This document shows positions 1 to 9,790 of a DNA stretch of 64,000 bases, piece by piece (the stretch's first letter is position 1; each line of letters opens with the position of its first letter). Both the position numbers and the translations under genes were made by a program. This DNA is from an uncultured Desulfobacter sp. (GTDB lineage Bacteria; Desulfobacterota; Desulfobacteria; Desulfobacterales; Desulfobacteraceae), in contig OY762069.1 of NCBI GenBank assembly GCA_963665095.1, forward strand, positions 6,688,001-6,752,000, read 5' to 3'. The notes under the pieces are model-generated. The model was not told the origin of the DNA. It worked only from the letters and a program-made list of their open reading frames with translations, and did not search any database.

Positions 1-1
1 A

Positions 2-403
2 ACAGCTTATCTGATTGGATATGTCATGGAAAACGGGGTGATTGTGGGGGATTCCAGCCTGAAACATCCAAGGCAGGCGTTCGTTGACCGGGTGAAAAGC
101 TTTACAGGTCTGGATTTTACCGGGTGTGTGGAACGCGGCTATACCTCGGTGCGGCCGGAATACAGAAGCCTTGGCATTGGTACCCGGCTCCTGGAGGGAC
201 TGACGGCCAGAGCCAAAGATGTGATGGTATATGCCATTATTGATGAGAAAAATATTGCGGCCCAGAAGATGGCCATCCACAACAATACCCGTAAAATTGC
301 GGCGTATTTCAGTGAAAAGGTGCAGAAAACCATGGGGGTCTGGATGCCTGATAAGATGGCAGACGCATTTTTGCACAGGCACAAAGGAGACTTGAACCCG
401 TGA
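2..403 (+). CDS. GNAT-family acetyltransferase domain (5'-truncated by window edge)
   Basis: Frame is open from base 2 (TAYLIGYVMENG...). Acetyl-CoA motif A-like SVRPEYRSLGIG and later N..AQKM. GTGA overlap with next gene. Confidence 0.65.
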   Translation, partial: TAYLIGYVMENGVIVGDSSLKHPRQAFVDRVKSFTGLDFTGCVERGYTSVRPEYRSLGIGTRLLEGLTARAKDVMVYAIIDEKNIAAQKMAIHNNTRKIAAYFSEKVQKTMGVWMPDKMADAFLHRHKGDLNP

Positions 404-1323
404 AGATCGGCATCATAACAGTGAAGGACAGTACCTTTCATCCCAATGGCAGGCTTATTGAGGAGGCCGGCAGGCTGGGCCATGAGGTGGTGCTGATTGA
501 TCCTTACCGTGTTTCCTGTCACGTGGGGGGCAATGGCGCGGGAATTTTTATTGGCACTGATGCGGTTACCGGAGACGGCCCCGGACCGGGAATGGTGCTT
601 CCGGATCTGATTTTGCCCCGTCAGGGTTCTCCCATGGGGGAGTATGGATTTGTGCTGCTCCGGCAGCTTGCCATGCTGAGGGTGCCGCTTGTTAATTCCC
701 TTGAAGGGGTCACAATTTCAAAACACCAGTACATCACACTTCAGAGGCTTTTTCGGGCAGGGCTTCCCGTGCCCCATGCCTTTTTTGTGACCCGGCAGGA
801 TACTTTTTTTTCTGCTGTCGAGGCTCTGGGCGGATTCCCGGTGGTGGTCAAACAGGTGGACGGTTTAGGGGGCGAGGGTGTGGAAAAACTGGATGGGCCG
901 GATGCGGCGGGTATCTGGCTGGACCGGTGTTTAAATCCGGTCAAGGGTGTGGTGGTTGAACTGTTTATTCCGCATACCAGGGATGTGCGACTCCTGGTGG
1001 CAGGCGGGAAAGTTGCAGCTGCCATGGCTTTGACACCGGCACCCGGACAGTTTAAGGCCAATGTTCACCAGAAGGGTATTCCCCAATCATTTCAGCCGGA
1101 TGATACCATTGCCGAGATGGCCGTACAGGCCGCCCGGGAATGCTGTCTGGACATTGCAGGGGTGGATATGATCCTGACACAGGATCAGGGACCGATGATC
1201 CTTGAGGTCAACTACTCTCCGGGTTTCAGAGGGCTTGAAACCGCCACAGGTATGAATATCGCAAAAATTATACTCGACAGTGCCATTGCCATTTCTGAAA
1301 AGACAAAAGGCAGGAAGAGCTAA
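400..1323 (+). CDS. RimK/LysX-family ATP-grasp alpha-L-glutamate ligase
   Basis: Motifs PVVVK...G.GGEGV, DVRLLV, FKANVHQKG, AGVDMI and LEVNYSPGFRGLE match RimK-family ATP-grasp. Confidence 0.85.
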   Translation: MKIGIITVKDSTFHPNGRLIEEAGRLGHEVVLIDPYRVSCHVGGNGAGIFIGTDAVTGDGPGPGMVLPDLILPRQGSPMGEYGFVLLRQLAMLRVPLVNSLEGVTISKHQYITLQRLFRAGLPVPHAFFVTRQDTFFSAVEALGGFPVVVKQVDGLGGEGVEKLDGPDAAGIWLDRCLNPVKGVVVELFIPHTRDVRLLVAGGKVAAAMALTPAPGQFKANVHQKGIPQSFQPDDTIAEMAVQAARECCLDIAGVDMILTQDQGPMILEVNYSPGFRGLETATGMNIAKIILDSAIAISEKTKGRKS

Positions 1324-1334
1324 GGGAAAGACCT

Positions 1335-2465
1335 ATGAAGTTGCTGGATTTCAATCTTGAACAGGATGCGGATAGTATTACCGCCAGCGTACGCGTAGTT
1401 TTTGAAGAGAGTGACCAGCCGGACAAGGTGGTATACATTAAAACCCTGGCTGAATTTGCTGATGGCTTTGGTGCCAACCCGGATGCATTTCTGGTGGGAT
1501 GCCTTCTGCCTGCCCTGCGCCTGGGAGAAAGGCGGATTTTTATTGACGGGGAGATCTGTCCCTTTTTGAAAGAAGGGGTCAACACCGCCATGCACATATT
1601 TTCCCACTGGACAGGGGGAAAACTTTCTCCCGTGCCTGTGGAGGCTGGTGTCCGCCAAAGCGAAACAGGAATCCAGGCGCCCCGTACCGGTATGGTGATG
1701 TCAGGCGGCATGGACTCTTTGTGCGCTCTGCGGTTGAATCGCCTCCACTATCCGGAAGCCCATCCTGCCTATATCCGGGATGCGTTTTTCCTCCATGGGT
1801 TTGATATCGGGGGGGTGAAAAAATACGGCATGAAATATCATGTGTTTGACCGCGGCATCCGGGCCATCTCCAAAATCACCGATGACGCCGGGGCAACACT
1901 GGTCCCGGTATACACCAATATCCGTCATCTGTGTGATGAGCGTGAGCTCTGGCTCAACTATTTTTTTGGAGCGGTGCTTGGGGCCATGGCCCATGCCTTT
2001 GCCGGCCGTATTGACCTGATGTATATTGCCTCGTCCTATGATATCCCCAACCTTCATGCCTGCGGTTCCCATCCCTTACTGGATCCGGAGTACGCTTCCT
2101 GGGGGCTGCGAATCCGGCACAGGGATTATGAACTGGCCCGCCTGGAAAAAATTAAAATTGTTTCCCAGTGGGATGCTGCATTCCAGAATTTCAGGGTATG
2201 CCTGGCCAACGTACCGGACAGGCTCAATTGCGGGGTGTGTGAAAAATGTGTGCGCACCATGACGGAATTGACAGCTCTTGGGCTTCTGGATAAAACCCGG
2301 GCCTTTGAACAAAATGAAGTGCTGCCTGAAGATATTTCCCGGTACGACATCACCATCCGGGAACGGCCGCCGTTTTACAGGCCCTTGATTCCGTTATTGC
2401 GGGAAAAGGGTCGGGATGATCTGGCAAAAGCTATTGAGGCGGGGCTGGCAAAGGCAGTCGGCTGA
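1335..2465 (+). CDS. Uncharacterised PP-loop (adenine nucleotide alpha-hydrolase) protein with QueC-like Cys cluster
   Basis: SGGMDS PP-loop; C-terminal RVC-x9-CGVCEKC; 11 nt after the RimK-like gene. Confidence 0.65.
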   Translation: MKLLDFNLEQDADSITASVRVVFEESDQPDKVVYIKTLAEFADGFGANPDAFLVGCLLPALRLGERRIFIDGEICPFLKEGVNTAMHIFSHWTGGKLSPVPVEAGVRQSETGIQAPRTGMVMSGGMDSLCALRLNRLHYPEAHPAYIRDAFFLHGFDIGGVKKYGMKYHVFDRGIRAISKITDDAGATLVPVYTNIRHLCDERELWLNYFFGAVLGAMAHAFAGRIDLMYIASSYDIPNLHACGSHPLLDPEYASWGLRIRHRDYELARLEKIKIVSQWDAAFQNFRVCLANVPDRLNCGVCEKCVRTMTELTALGLLDKTRAFEQNEVLPEDISRYDITIRERPPFYRPLIPLLREKGRDDLAKAIEAGLAKAVG

Positions 2466-2498
2466 AAAACTCGTAAAAAGGCGCTGATTAAAAAATTG

Positions 2499-5400
2499 TC
2501 AGCTGGCCTTGCTCTCCTGAAATTTTTTGTGCAGATCCCGGATGCGCCGGCTTAATACCGAGCAGATCTGCAGGGAAATTCTTGGGAATTCCATGGCGGT
2601 CTCTTTGAACTCCTGTTTGTGGAGTACAAGAAACCGGCAGGGTGACACTGTACGTATGGTTGCAGATCTCGGGGCATCATCAATCAGGGCCATCTCGCCA
2701 AAGGCCTGCCCGGTGGCTATGTGGTCCAGTACCACATGGTTGTCTTCAGCCAGCTCTTTTATTACAGCCACCTTGCCTTCCACAATCAGATAGACGGTCT
2801 CGCCTGTTTCACCCTGGCGGATCACGGTTTCTGATTCCCCAAAATCCTTCTCCCTGGTTTCTGCGGCAATGGCGGCCAACTCTTCGGCACTCAGGCCTGA
2901 GAAAATATCAATCTCTCTTAACAGCAGAATTTTTTCTCCGATGGGGATCTCTCCGGTATCAGTGCTTTCTGGCTGGTCGTCGTTCCGGGATTGTGTGCGT
3001 ATGATCATGTCAAGTTCCTTTTCAATGACCGGTGAGGTCAAATGACTGACTGCCTCCTTAAGGGCGCTGGTGCCAATCAGGTCCGGTGTCTGGCGGATTA
3101 TAAAAAGCCCCATGGCCGCATCCACCCAGTCCTGGGATGTCAACAGCATGTTCAGCGTTGTCCGGCCGCCGCTATCCAGAGCCGGAATCTGTGTGATTGT
3201 TCTTCCCTTTTCCAGGGCTATTTCAGGGGAGGGGCTTTCCAGGAGCGGAAGAACGGCTTTGGCGCTTTTTCGGTCAAGCATGTCATTGAGCAGTTCAATG
3301 GCATTGGCCCGCTGGTGTAAGTTGGACGAGAAAAAACCCTGCCATGCGGTTTTCATCCGTCCTGTTTTATCGTGGATTGCCAGCACCCTTAACGTGTTTT
3401 CAATAATTTTGTCCTTTTTTTCCAGCAGATGGTCTGCGGCCAGCTGGTTTGCAGGCGTTGGCGGCAGCTGGTTTAAATTTTCAACCATGGCCAGACAGGT
3501 ATAGCACTTGATGGTCTGGCTCCGGGAGAACACCATGATATTAAATTCCTTAATTTCAAGGTGTTCAAGCAGAGCGAACAGCCCTTTGCGTCTCCTGGCA
3601 CCGGGAAGGGCCAAAGATTCCAGAAGCAGCTTGCCGTTTCTGTAGTCTGCCTGCCTGATTTTATCCCTGGCAAACTGACTGATCTCCTCGGAAGAATCTC
3701 CGAGCATGAAAATGGTTTTTTTAAGCGTAATGTCGTTGTCTATTTTGAGGGCGTCCAGGGCTGCCAGCCGGACAGGCTTGTTTTTATGGGAAAGAAAGGA
3801 AAAGATGACCAAGTTGAGCTGGGGTGCCTCAAGTCTGGACAGCGCAATGATAATGTCCGGAATAATGGGGTCAATGTCCTTTTCCGATAACATGTCCAGC
3901 AATCTGTCTGCGAATTTTAAATTTTTGGAAAGCCCGGCGCTGATGATGCCGGACCTGCGTTCTTCCAGGTCCACGGCATTCAGCCGGTTTTCAATGGTTA
4001 AGCCTGGATCTGTACCCTGGCCTGGGGGGCTCAAGGCGGTGGCAAAGCCCCTGACTACAGGGTCGGTGTGGGCGGTGTAGGGGGTGAGGTCCAGGGTCTT
4101 TGGGATCTGTATACCCTGCTGCCAGGCCAGTTTGAATATGGCAATGGCGGTTTCCGGGTGGCGGGGATCAAGAAAGGGAATCAGTCGTCTGGCAGCAGAT
4201 GTATGGGAACCCGGGGAGATCATTTTGATCAGGGCCACCTGGGTGGCTTCATCCTGGTGGGGCAGGGCCTGCAGAATTTTTTCATCCAGGGCATCTTCGG
4301 ATAGATTTTTTAAAAGAGATGCATACCAGAGCGCATCCGTCCCCCTGGCTGATAAAAAATTTTTTTCCAGGTCTGACTGCAGTGTGTTCTCTTTGAAGAT
4401 CTGTCCGAGCTCTTTTTTGCTGAAACTTTTTATATCCAGAAGGTTGTTGGATATCAGGTGCTTGAGCATGGTGGAATATTTAAACTTAAGATAAATGGGC
4501 GCAGCCAGCCATGCCAGGACAAAGGGCAGGGCCACAAGGGTCAGGTATCTGGGGTGGAACAAAGATGTTGAGATCAGAATCAGGGTGGAGCCGGTGAACA
4601 GCGCTACCCGCACCACAGTTCCCCGCAGAAAGGGCCGCACCTGATTTCGGTACTGTTCAGGAAACATGCCGATGAGAATGCCGTTGGCCGGCACATTGAT
4701 GGTGGTGCGAAGGATATTGGTGGACATTCTTGCATACATGGCCGAGATAACGTCAAACCGGAAAAGAAATGCGAGGAAAGCAATCATGTAGTTAAACGGA
4801 TGAAACATCAGGGCCACGGGGAGGCCCCAGCGGCCGTAAATACGCCCCACAAACAGGAGAATGAAAAGACTGACCGTATACTGGGCTCCCCTGAAATATC
4901 CGAAGAATTTAAGCACGGCCGCTTCCGAGGCAAACTGGTTGTCAATGGCAAAATTGAACTGGTAGTTCATGATGGGAACCACCACATTGGGCATGAAGGT
5001 AATGACCAGTACCACTTTAAACAGAATGGATTCTTTAATCAGGGGGACCAGCTGGGTGATCTCTTCCCTGAAGGACTTTTTATCTTTACCTTTGGGGGCT
5101 GATGGTTTCTGGTAGATCATGCTGGCGTAGTTCCTGCCCATGGCTGAAACAACGGCAGTGCCGGCTAAGGTGGTGGCAAGGTAGAGGTACAAAAGATTAT
5201 CCAGATTGAACTGTCGGGCAAAATAGGGGGTGGCCATGGAGCCCAGGATCAGTCCTATGACGCCGCCGGCTGTGAGCAGGGGAAAAAGCCGCTTTGACTG
5301 CCGGGTGTTAAACAGATCGTTGCAGATGTTCCAGTAGAGCATGGCCTGGATCATTTCAAACTGGCTTTTGAGCATGAACAGTAACGGGTAGAGCAGGTCA

Positions 5401-5717
5401 AGACCAAAGGGGATGAGAAGCCGTATCCCTGTAACGGTCAGGCCTGATGCCAGGAATACACATGCCAGCACTCTGCCGCCAGAGACCCGGTTTAAAATAC
5501 CTGTCAGGGCACCTGTGATAAAGATGGTGGCAATGGCATTGACCATATTGACCGCAGGCATGAACTCCACGCCGTATCGTTTAAGAAAGGCGGTTTCCGC
5601 ATAGTTGTTCAGGATGACGCCGGAGCTTCGCACAATGAACAAAAGCAGGGTGGTCCATAATACCAGGCTGATCTCTTCTTCATAGACGTTGAGCCAGAAA
5701 AGTATTTTTTTTATCAT
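2499..5717 (-). CDS. NTT/TLC-like MFS transporter fused to HEAT-like repeats and a C-terminal cNMP-binding domain
   Basis: About 12 hydrophobic segments in the first ~410 aa with DLFNTRQSKRLFPL motif. Helical repeats (VRLAALDAL). cNMP cassette FGEMALIDDAPRSAT. Confidence 0.8.
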   Translation of the reverse strand: MIKKILFWLNVYEEEISLVLWTTLLLFIVRSSGVILNNYAETAFLKRYGVEFMPAVNMVNAIATIFITGALTGILNRVSGGRVLACVFLASGLTVTGIRLLIPFGLDLLYPLLFMLKSQFEMIQAMLYWNICNDLFNTRQSKRLFPLLTAGGVIGLILGSMATPYFARQFNLDNLLYLYLATTLAGTAVVSAMGRNYASMIYQKPSAPKGKDKKSFREEITQLVPLIKESILFKVVLVITFMPNVVVPIMNYQFNFAIDNQFASEAAVLKFFGYFRGAQYTVSLFILLFVGRIYGRWGLPVALMFHPFNYMIAFLAFLFRFDVISAMYARMSTNILRTTINVPANGILIGMFPEQYRNQVRPFLRGTVVRVALFTGSTLILISTSLFHPRYLTLVALPFVLAWLAAPIYLKFKYSTMLKHLISNNLLDIKSFSKKELGQIFKENTLQSDLEKNFLSARGTDALWYASLLKNLSEDALDEKILQALPHQDEATQVALIKMISPGSHTSAARRLIPFLDPRHPETAIAIFKLAWQQGIQIPKTLDLTPYTAHTDPVVRGFATALSPPGQGTDPGLTIENRLNAVDLEERRSGIISAGLSKNLKFADRLLDMLSEKDIDPIIPDIIIALSRLEAPQLNLVIFSFLSHKNKPVRLAALDALKIDNDITLKKTIFMLGDSSEEISQFARDKIRQADYRNGKLLLESLALPGARRRKGLFALLEHLEIKEFNIMVFSRSQTIKCYTCLAMVENLNQLPPTPANQLAADHLLEKKDKIIENTLRVLAIHDKTGRMKTAWQGFFSSNLHQRANAIELLNDMLDRKSAKAVLPLLESPSPEIALEKGRTITQIPALDSGGRTTLNMLLTSQDWVDAAMGLFIIRQTPDLIGTSALKEAVSHLTSPVIEKELDMIIRTQSRNDDQPESTDTGEIPIGEKILLLREIDIFSGLSAEELAAIAAETREKDFGESETVIRQGETGETVYLIVEGKVAVIKELAEDNHVVLDHIATGQAFGEMALIDDAPRSATIRTVSPCRFLVLHKQEFKETAMEFPRISLQICSVLSRRIRDLHKKFQESKAS

Positions 5718-6622
5718 TCAGCGGCCTCTAAAATCAGCCGAAATCCTGTGGTATGAAATCTGGCTGAAGGATGGCCGTATGTCCGGTTGGCACTTCTAAG
5801 GGATTTTGCATGTTTATAAAAGCTGCCTCCCCGTCTGACGCGAGAGTCTGAACTTGTAACGGAAAAGGAATTGTCAATGGGGCCTGCTGAATAGGGGGCA
5901 TAAATATCTGCACACCACTCCCAGACATTGCCATGCATGTCATATAACCCCCAGGCATTGGGGGCAAATATTTTGACCGGGGCAGGGCGGCCTTGCGCAA
6001 TGTTTATGCTTTTATAATAGGGGACACAGGTGCCGTCTTTATCCGGGTTATTGGCGAACATGGCCCGGGTGCAGTCAATGGTTTCCCCAAAGGCATAGGC
6101 AGTGGTGGAACCGGCCCGGCAGGCATATTCCCACTCTGCCTCGGTTGGCAGCCGGTATCTGTACCGGCTTTTTTTGCTCAGTTTTTCAATGAACTTCATA
6201 CACCCGTGCCAGGATATCCGGGTCTGGGGCAGGCTGTCGTTGTCCTGGTGGCGGATGAACCACCGCCTGCCCATGATCTTCTGCCACTGGGCCTGGGTAA
6301 CTTCTGTTTCCTGGAGATAAAATTCCCTGGAGATAGTCACCTGGTGCTGAATTTCGTCCTTGTCTCTGTATTTTTCAGAGGCTGGACTGCCCATGGTAAA
6401 GGTGCCCGGGGCTATCCTGATAAATGTCATGCTGAATTCATTGGTGATTGTGGCCTGGCCGGCATGGCCTTGAGCAGGGAGCAGCATGCCTGAGGCAAGG
6501 CACAGGGCTGCCAGAAACAATAAAAAATTTCTGCAGCCAGGCCCCCAGGGCCGGACTTCAGTCTGGCAGTGAAAATAAAACAGATATTTCTGTAATCGTT
6601 CTGGCACGGCGGATGCTCCCAT
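5714..6622 (-). CDS. Exported formylglycine-generating-enzyme (FGE-sulfatase/SUMF1) family protein
   Basis: GTFTMGS, RLPTEAEWEYACRAG, NAWGLYDMHGNVWEW, RGGS, GFRL. Signal-like hydrophobic stretch. ATGA overlap with downstream gene. Start uncertain. Confidence 0.85.
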   Translation of the reverse strand: MGASAVPERLQKYLFYFHCQTEVRPWGPGCRNFLLFLAALCLASGMLLPAQGHAGQATITNEFSMTFIRIAPGTFTMGSPASEKYRDKDEIQHQVTISREFYLQETEVTQAQWQKIMGRRWFIRHQDNDSLPQTRISWHGCMKFIEKLSKKSRYRYRLPTEAEWEYACRAGSTTAYAFGETIDCTRAMFANNPDKDGTCVPYYKSINIAQGRPAPVKIFAPNAWGLYDMHGNVWEWCADIYAPYSAGPIDNSFSVTSSDSRVRRGGSFYKHAKSLRSANRTYGHPSARFHTTGFRLILEAAE

Positions 6623-6734
6623 GGCTTCCCGCTTTTGGATTGTCTGGTTTGAATACTTCTATGCAATTATAAATCGCGGCTTTTGTCAAGTCCCAACACA
6701 GCCCTGTTTCAGGCTTCCTGAATTTAAAAAGTTA

Positions 6735-6765
6735 TTGACATGTATATTTGCCTGAAATATATGCT
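6735..6765 (+). promoter_or_regulatory. Sigma70 promoter with 19-bp spacer and dyad (MerR-type) upstream of crt-hbd
   Basis: TTGACA (6735-40), 19 nt, TATGCT (6760-65). Inverted repeat TATATTT-N5-AAATATA at 6743-6761. Confidence 0.55.
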
Positions 6766-6863
6766 ATTTATTTAAATAGTATTGAGTGTTGCTCCATGAT
6801 TTTTACAATCGTAAGAATTATGAGGATAGGTCAATTGACAAACCATTATTTGGAGGCGTTACT

Positions 6864-7625
6864 GTGTTTGAAACAATTCGTGTGGAGAAAGACAAACTGA
6901 TTGCGGTTATTACGCTTAACCGTCCCCCGGCAAATTCAATCAATCTGATGCTTATCAATGAGTTAACGCAAGTTCTGGATGATATTGAAAAAGATCCGGA
7001 GGTTCGGGTAGTGGTTGTAACAGGTGCCGGTGGGAAAGGGTTTTGTGCCGGTTTTGATGTGACCGATGCCGAAAACGCCGGTCAGGCCGGTCCCAAAGGC
7101 CGTGCAATGATGACCAGAATAGACCGCTTCCCCAAACCTGTGATTGCCGCCATAAATGGATATGCCTTTGGTGGAGGCTGCGAGCTGGCGCTGGCCTGCA
7201 CGTTCAGGGTCATGAGTGAGGAGGCCAAAACAGGTCTGACAGAATTAAATCTGGGGATTATTCCAGGGTGGGGCGGTACCCAGCGGATGCCAAGACTTGT
7301 TGGAAAGTCCAAGGCGCTGGACCTGATTTTGTTCAGCAAGCGGATTACAGCTAAGGAAGCATTTGAGATCGGCCTTGTGGATCGTGTCTGCCCCCGGGAA
7401 GCGTTGATGACAGAAGTTATGGCCATGGCGGAAACGTTGAGTAAAAGGCCCCCCATTGCAGTTAAGGCGGTACTCACGGCTGTCACCGCCGGGCTGCAGG
7501 ACGGGTTTGAGGCCGGAGATGCACTGGAAACAGAAGGTTCAGCCGCCGCCTCAACGTCAAAAGATGCAATCGAAGGATTTACGGCCTTTCTTGAAAAAAG
7601 GGATCCGCAATTTAAAGGTGAATAA
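6864..7625 (+). CDS. Enoyl-CoA hydratase/isomerase (crotonase family)
   Basis: FCAGFD, AAINGYAFGGGCELALAC, ELNLGIIPGWGGTQR. GTG at 6864 follows GGAGG RBS (track start 6786 is probably too long). Confidence 0.9.
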   Translation: MFETIRVEKDKLIAVITLNRPPANSINLMLINELTQVLDDIEKDPEVRVVVVTGAGGKGFCAGFDVTDAENAGQAGPKGRAMMTRIDRFPKPVIAAINGYAFGGGCELALACTFRVMSEEAKTGLTELNLGIIPGWGGTQRMPRLVGKSKALDLILFSKRITAKEAFEIGLVDRVCPREALMTEVMAMAETLSKRPPIAVKAVLTAVTAGLQDGFEAGDALETEGSAAASTSKDAIEGFTAFLEKRDPQFKGE

Positions 7626-7640
7626 CAAAAGGAGCATGTT

Positions 7641-8792
7641 ATGAAATCAGAAGATGTAAAAACTGTTGCAATGATCGGTGCCGGGGACATGGGACATGGC
7701 ATCGCGGCCTGTTTTCTTCAGGCAGGATTTAAGGTTGTGTTGCGGGATGTCAAGCAGGAGTTTGTGGATCGTGGCATGGCCGGCATAAAGTCCAGCTTTG
7801 AAAGATTTGTTTCCAAGGGAAAGATGACTCCGGAAGTCTACGAGCAGGCAATGGCGAACCTGGTACCTGCCGTGGATCTGCAGGAAGCGGTAAAAGATGC
7901 TGATTTTATCATTGAAGCGGTGCCGGAAAAGATGGAAATTAAAAAGAGTGTCTTTTCCGAACTTGACAAGTATGCCCCTGAACATGCCATCCTTGCCTCC
8001 AACACCTCGACCATGAGCATATCTGAAATTGCCACGGCAACAAGTCGGGAAGACAAGGTGATCGGATACCATTTTTTTAATCCGGCCATCCTGATGAAAC
8101 TGGTTGAAGTGATCAAAGGAAATAACAGCAGTGACGAATCTGTTCAGATCGGTTATGCGCTTGCCCAGAAAATTAAAAAAGTGCCTGTTATCGTGAAAAA
8201 GGATTCCCCGGGATTTATATACAACCGGGTAAATATTCCGGCAGGCGCTCTCATGAATAAAATTGTTGAGGCAGGCACCCCGAGCCCTGAAGAGTTTGAT
8301 GCGGCCATGAAAGCGGCCATGCCCATGGGACCGTTTGAGTTGTCCGATTATGTCGGCAATGATGTGAATGTGAACGGCCTTGAGTATATGGCCCAGGCCC
8401 TGTCTCCGGAATATGAGCCATGTGATGCGTTCCGTCAATTGATTACCGATGGAAAACTGGGCAAGAAAACCGGACATGGCTTCTATGACTGGTCCAATGG
8501 GCGTCCTGAAATTGATCTTTCCAAAGCCACCAAATTGTTTGATTTGAACCATATGATCGCCCTGCAGGTCAATGAGGCCACCAAGGTGATGGAAGAAGGC
8601 GTTTGTGAGGATCCCAAAGAGATCGATCTGGCAATGGCTAACGGCGGGGGCTCTCCGTTTGGTCCCTTTGCACTGGCCAAGGGTATTGGTTATCCCACGC
8701 TGATTGCAAAACTGGAAGATCTCTACGATAAATATAAACTGGAGATTTTTCTGCCCACTGAAACAATGAAGAAGGGCGATATTCAAGTATAA
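7641..8792 (+). CDS. 3-hydroxyacyl-CoA dehydrogenase
   Basis: GAGDMGHG Rossmann motif, IIEAVPE, LASNTS, HFFNP, GKKTGHGFY. AAGGAG RBS. Confidence 0.9.
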   Translation: MKSEDVKTVAMIGAGDMGHGIAACFLQAGFKVVLRDVKQEFVDRGMAGIKSSFERFVSKGKMTPEVYEQAMANLVPAVDLQEAVKDADFIIEAVPEKMEIKKSVFSELDKYAPEHAILASNTSTMSISEIATATSREDKVIGYHFFNPAILMKLVEVIKGNNSSDESVQIGYALAQKIKKVPVIVKKDSPGFIYNRVNIPAGALMNKIVEAGTPSPEEFDAAMKAAMPMGPFELSDYVGNDVNVNGLEYMAQALSPEYEPCDAFRQLITDGKLGKKTGHGFYDWSNGRPEIDLSKATKLFDLNHMIALQVNEATKVMEEGVCEDPKEIDLAMANGGGSPFGPFALAKGIGYPTLIAKLEDLYDKYKLEIFLPTETMKKGDIQV

Positions 8793-8860
8793 GGCGCATA
8801 ACGTTCAAGTTTGCCAGCGATAACTTGGAACTATTTAGTGCATTATCCTGTAAAGGCTTT

Positions 8861-8890
8861 GGTTCCACCGGGCACTGCGTCCGGTGGACC
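8861..8890. terminator. Hairpin between convergent hbd and merR
   Basis: TCCACCGG-N9-CCGGTGGA stem; no clear U-tract. Confidence 0.4.
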
Positions 8891-8916
8891 AGTACCAGAT
8901 GTTCAAAATTCACGAA

Positions 8917-9624
8917 TTACTCTTTTTTTGCAGATTGTTGCAGGCGGTTAATCTCCATTTGTACGGTTTTTCTGTACATATGGTAAAAAAACAGCCCCAC
9001 AGCCTCCACCAGTTGTATCCCTTGTTCCTGAAATTCCTGGGAGTCAGAACGGTTCAGATATTCATTGAGATATTGCATGTGTGTGGACAAAACCGTTTTT
9101 TTAACAGATTCGCTGTAAACTTTGAGATCTTCAGGATGGTATCCATCCTTGGGGCCCACACCTAAACGGTCCATACTGACGATGAGTTTGCCAATGGTGA
9201 CATCATCGCTTGAGAAGATCAGATCTGTGCCGTTATCCCGGGGAGTGAGTATTTCCCATTCAATCATTTTATCCAGCCACTTTTCAGCTATGCCGGTGAC
9301 GCTCATAAACTGCTCCCTGCCGGAGACGGAGTCGAAGCAGACCTGGTCCACAGGACGAAAGTTTTCAGTGAAAAATTTCAGCCGGGCACTGTCAACATTG
9401 GAAAGCTGTTTTTGTTTTTTGATAATTTTTTTTATTTCAGACAGCGGGAGAAAATAATTTGTCTGAAGATCTTTTATCAGCCGGATCTGTTCTACGGTGC
9501 TTTCATCATAATCAGCCGTATTTTTATTCTTTTTCCGAGGCCTTGGCAGGGCACCTTCCCGGATATAATAGTGAATGGTTTCCTTGGGTACGTTGGTTTT
9601 TTGGGCCAGCTCGCTGATCTTCAA
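8917..9624 (-). CDS. MerR-family transcriptional regulator
   Basis: N-terminal MKISELAQKTNVPKETIHYYIREGALP wHTH signature; TTG start. Confidence 0.9.
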   Translation of the reverse strand: MKISELAQKTNVPKETIHYYIREGALPRPRKKNKNTADYDESTVEQIRLIKDLQTNYFLPLSEIKKIIKKQKQLSNVDSARLKFFTENFRPVDQVCFDSVSGREQFMSVTGIAEKWLDKMIEWEILTPRDNGTDLIFSSDDVTIGKLIVSMDRLGVGPKDGYHPEDLKVYSESVKKTVLSTHMQYLNEYLNRSDSQEFQEQGIQLVEAVGLFFYHMYRKTVQMEINRLQQSAKKE

Positions 9625-9790
9625 AATGGTATGCTTCCGTTTTAGTTTAAATTTTTAACTGTGTAAATATATGTCAGATTATGAAATATATAACAAGAGC
9701 ATCCCGCGTACCCATGGACAGTTAGCGTTGCCTCCATGTGCCGGCAAAAATCAATGGAGTGATTGTTTTGTTTTTCGTGATATCCTCTTT

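Noticed and set aside
5714..5850. FGE/CLec C-terminus as a diversity-generating retroelement target
   Set aside because: No reverse transcriptase and no second, adenine-variant copy of this segment seen in the window.
7647..8786. 379-aa ORF antisense to the 3-hydroxyacyl-CoA dehydrogenase
   Set aside because: Codon-register mirror of a well-supported gene with no motifs; a typical antisense shadow.
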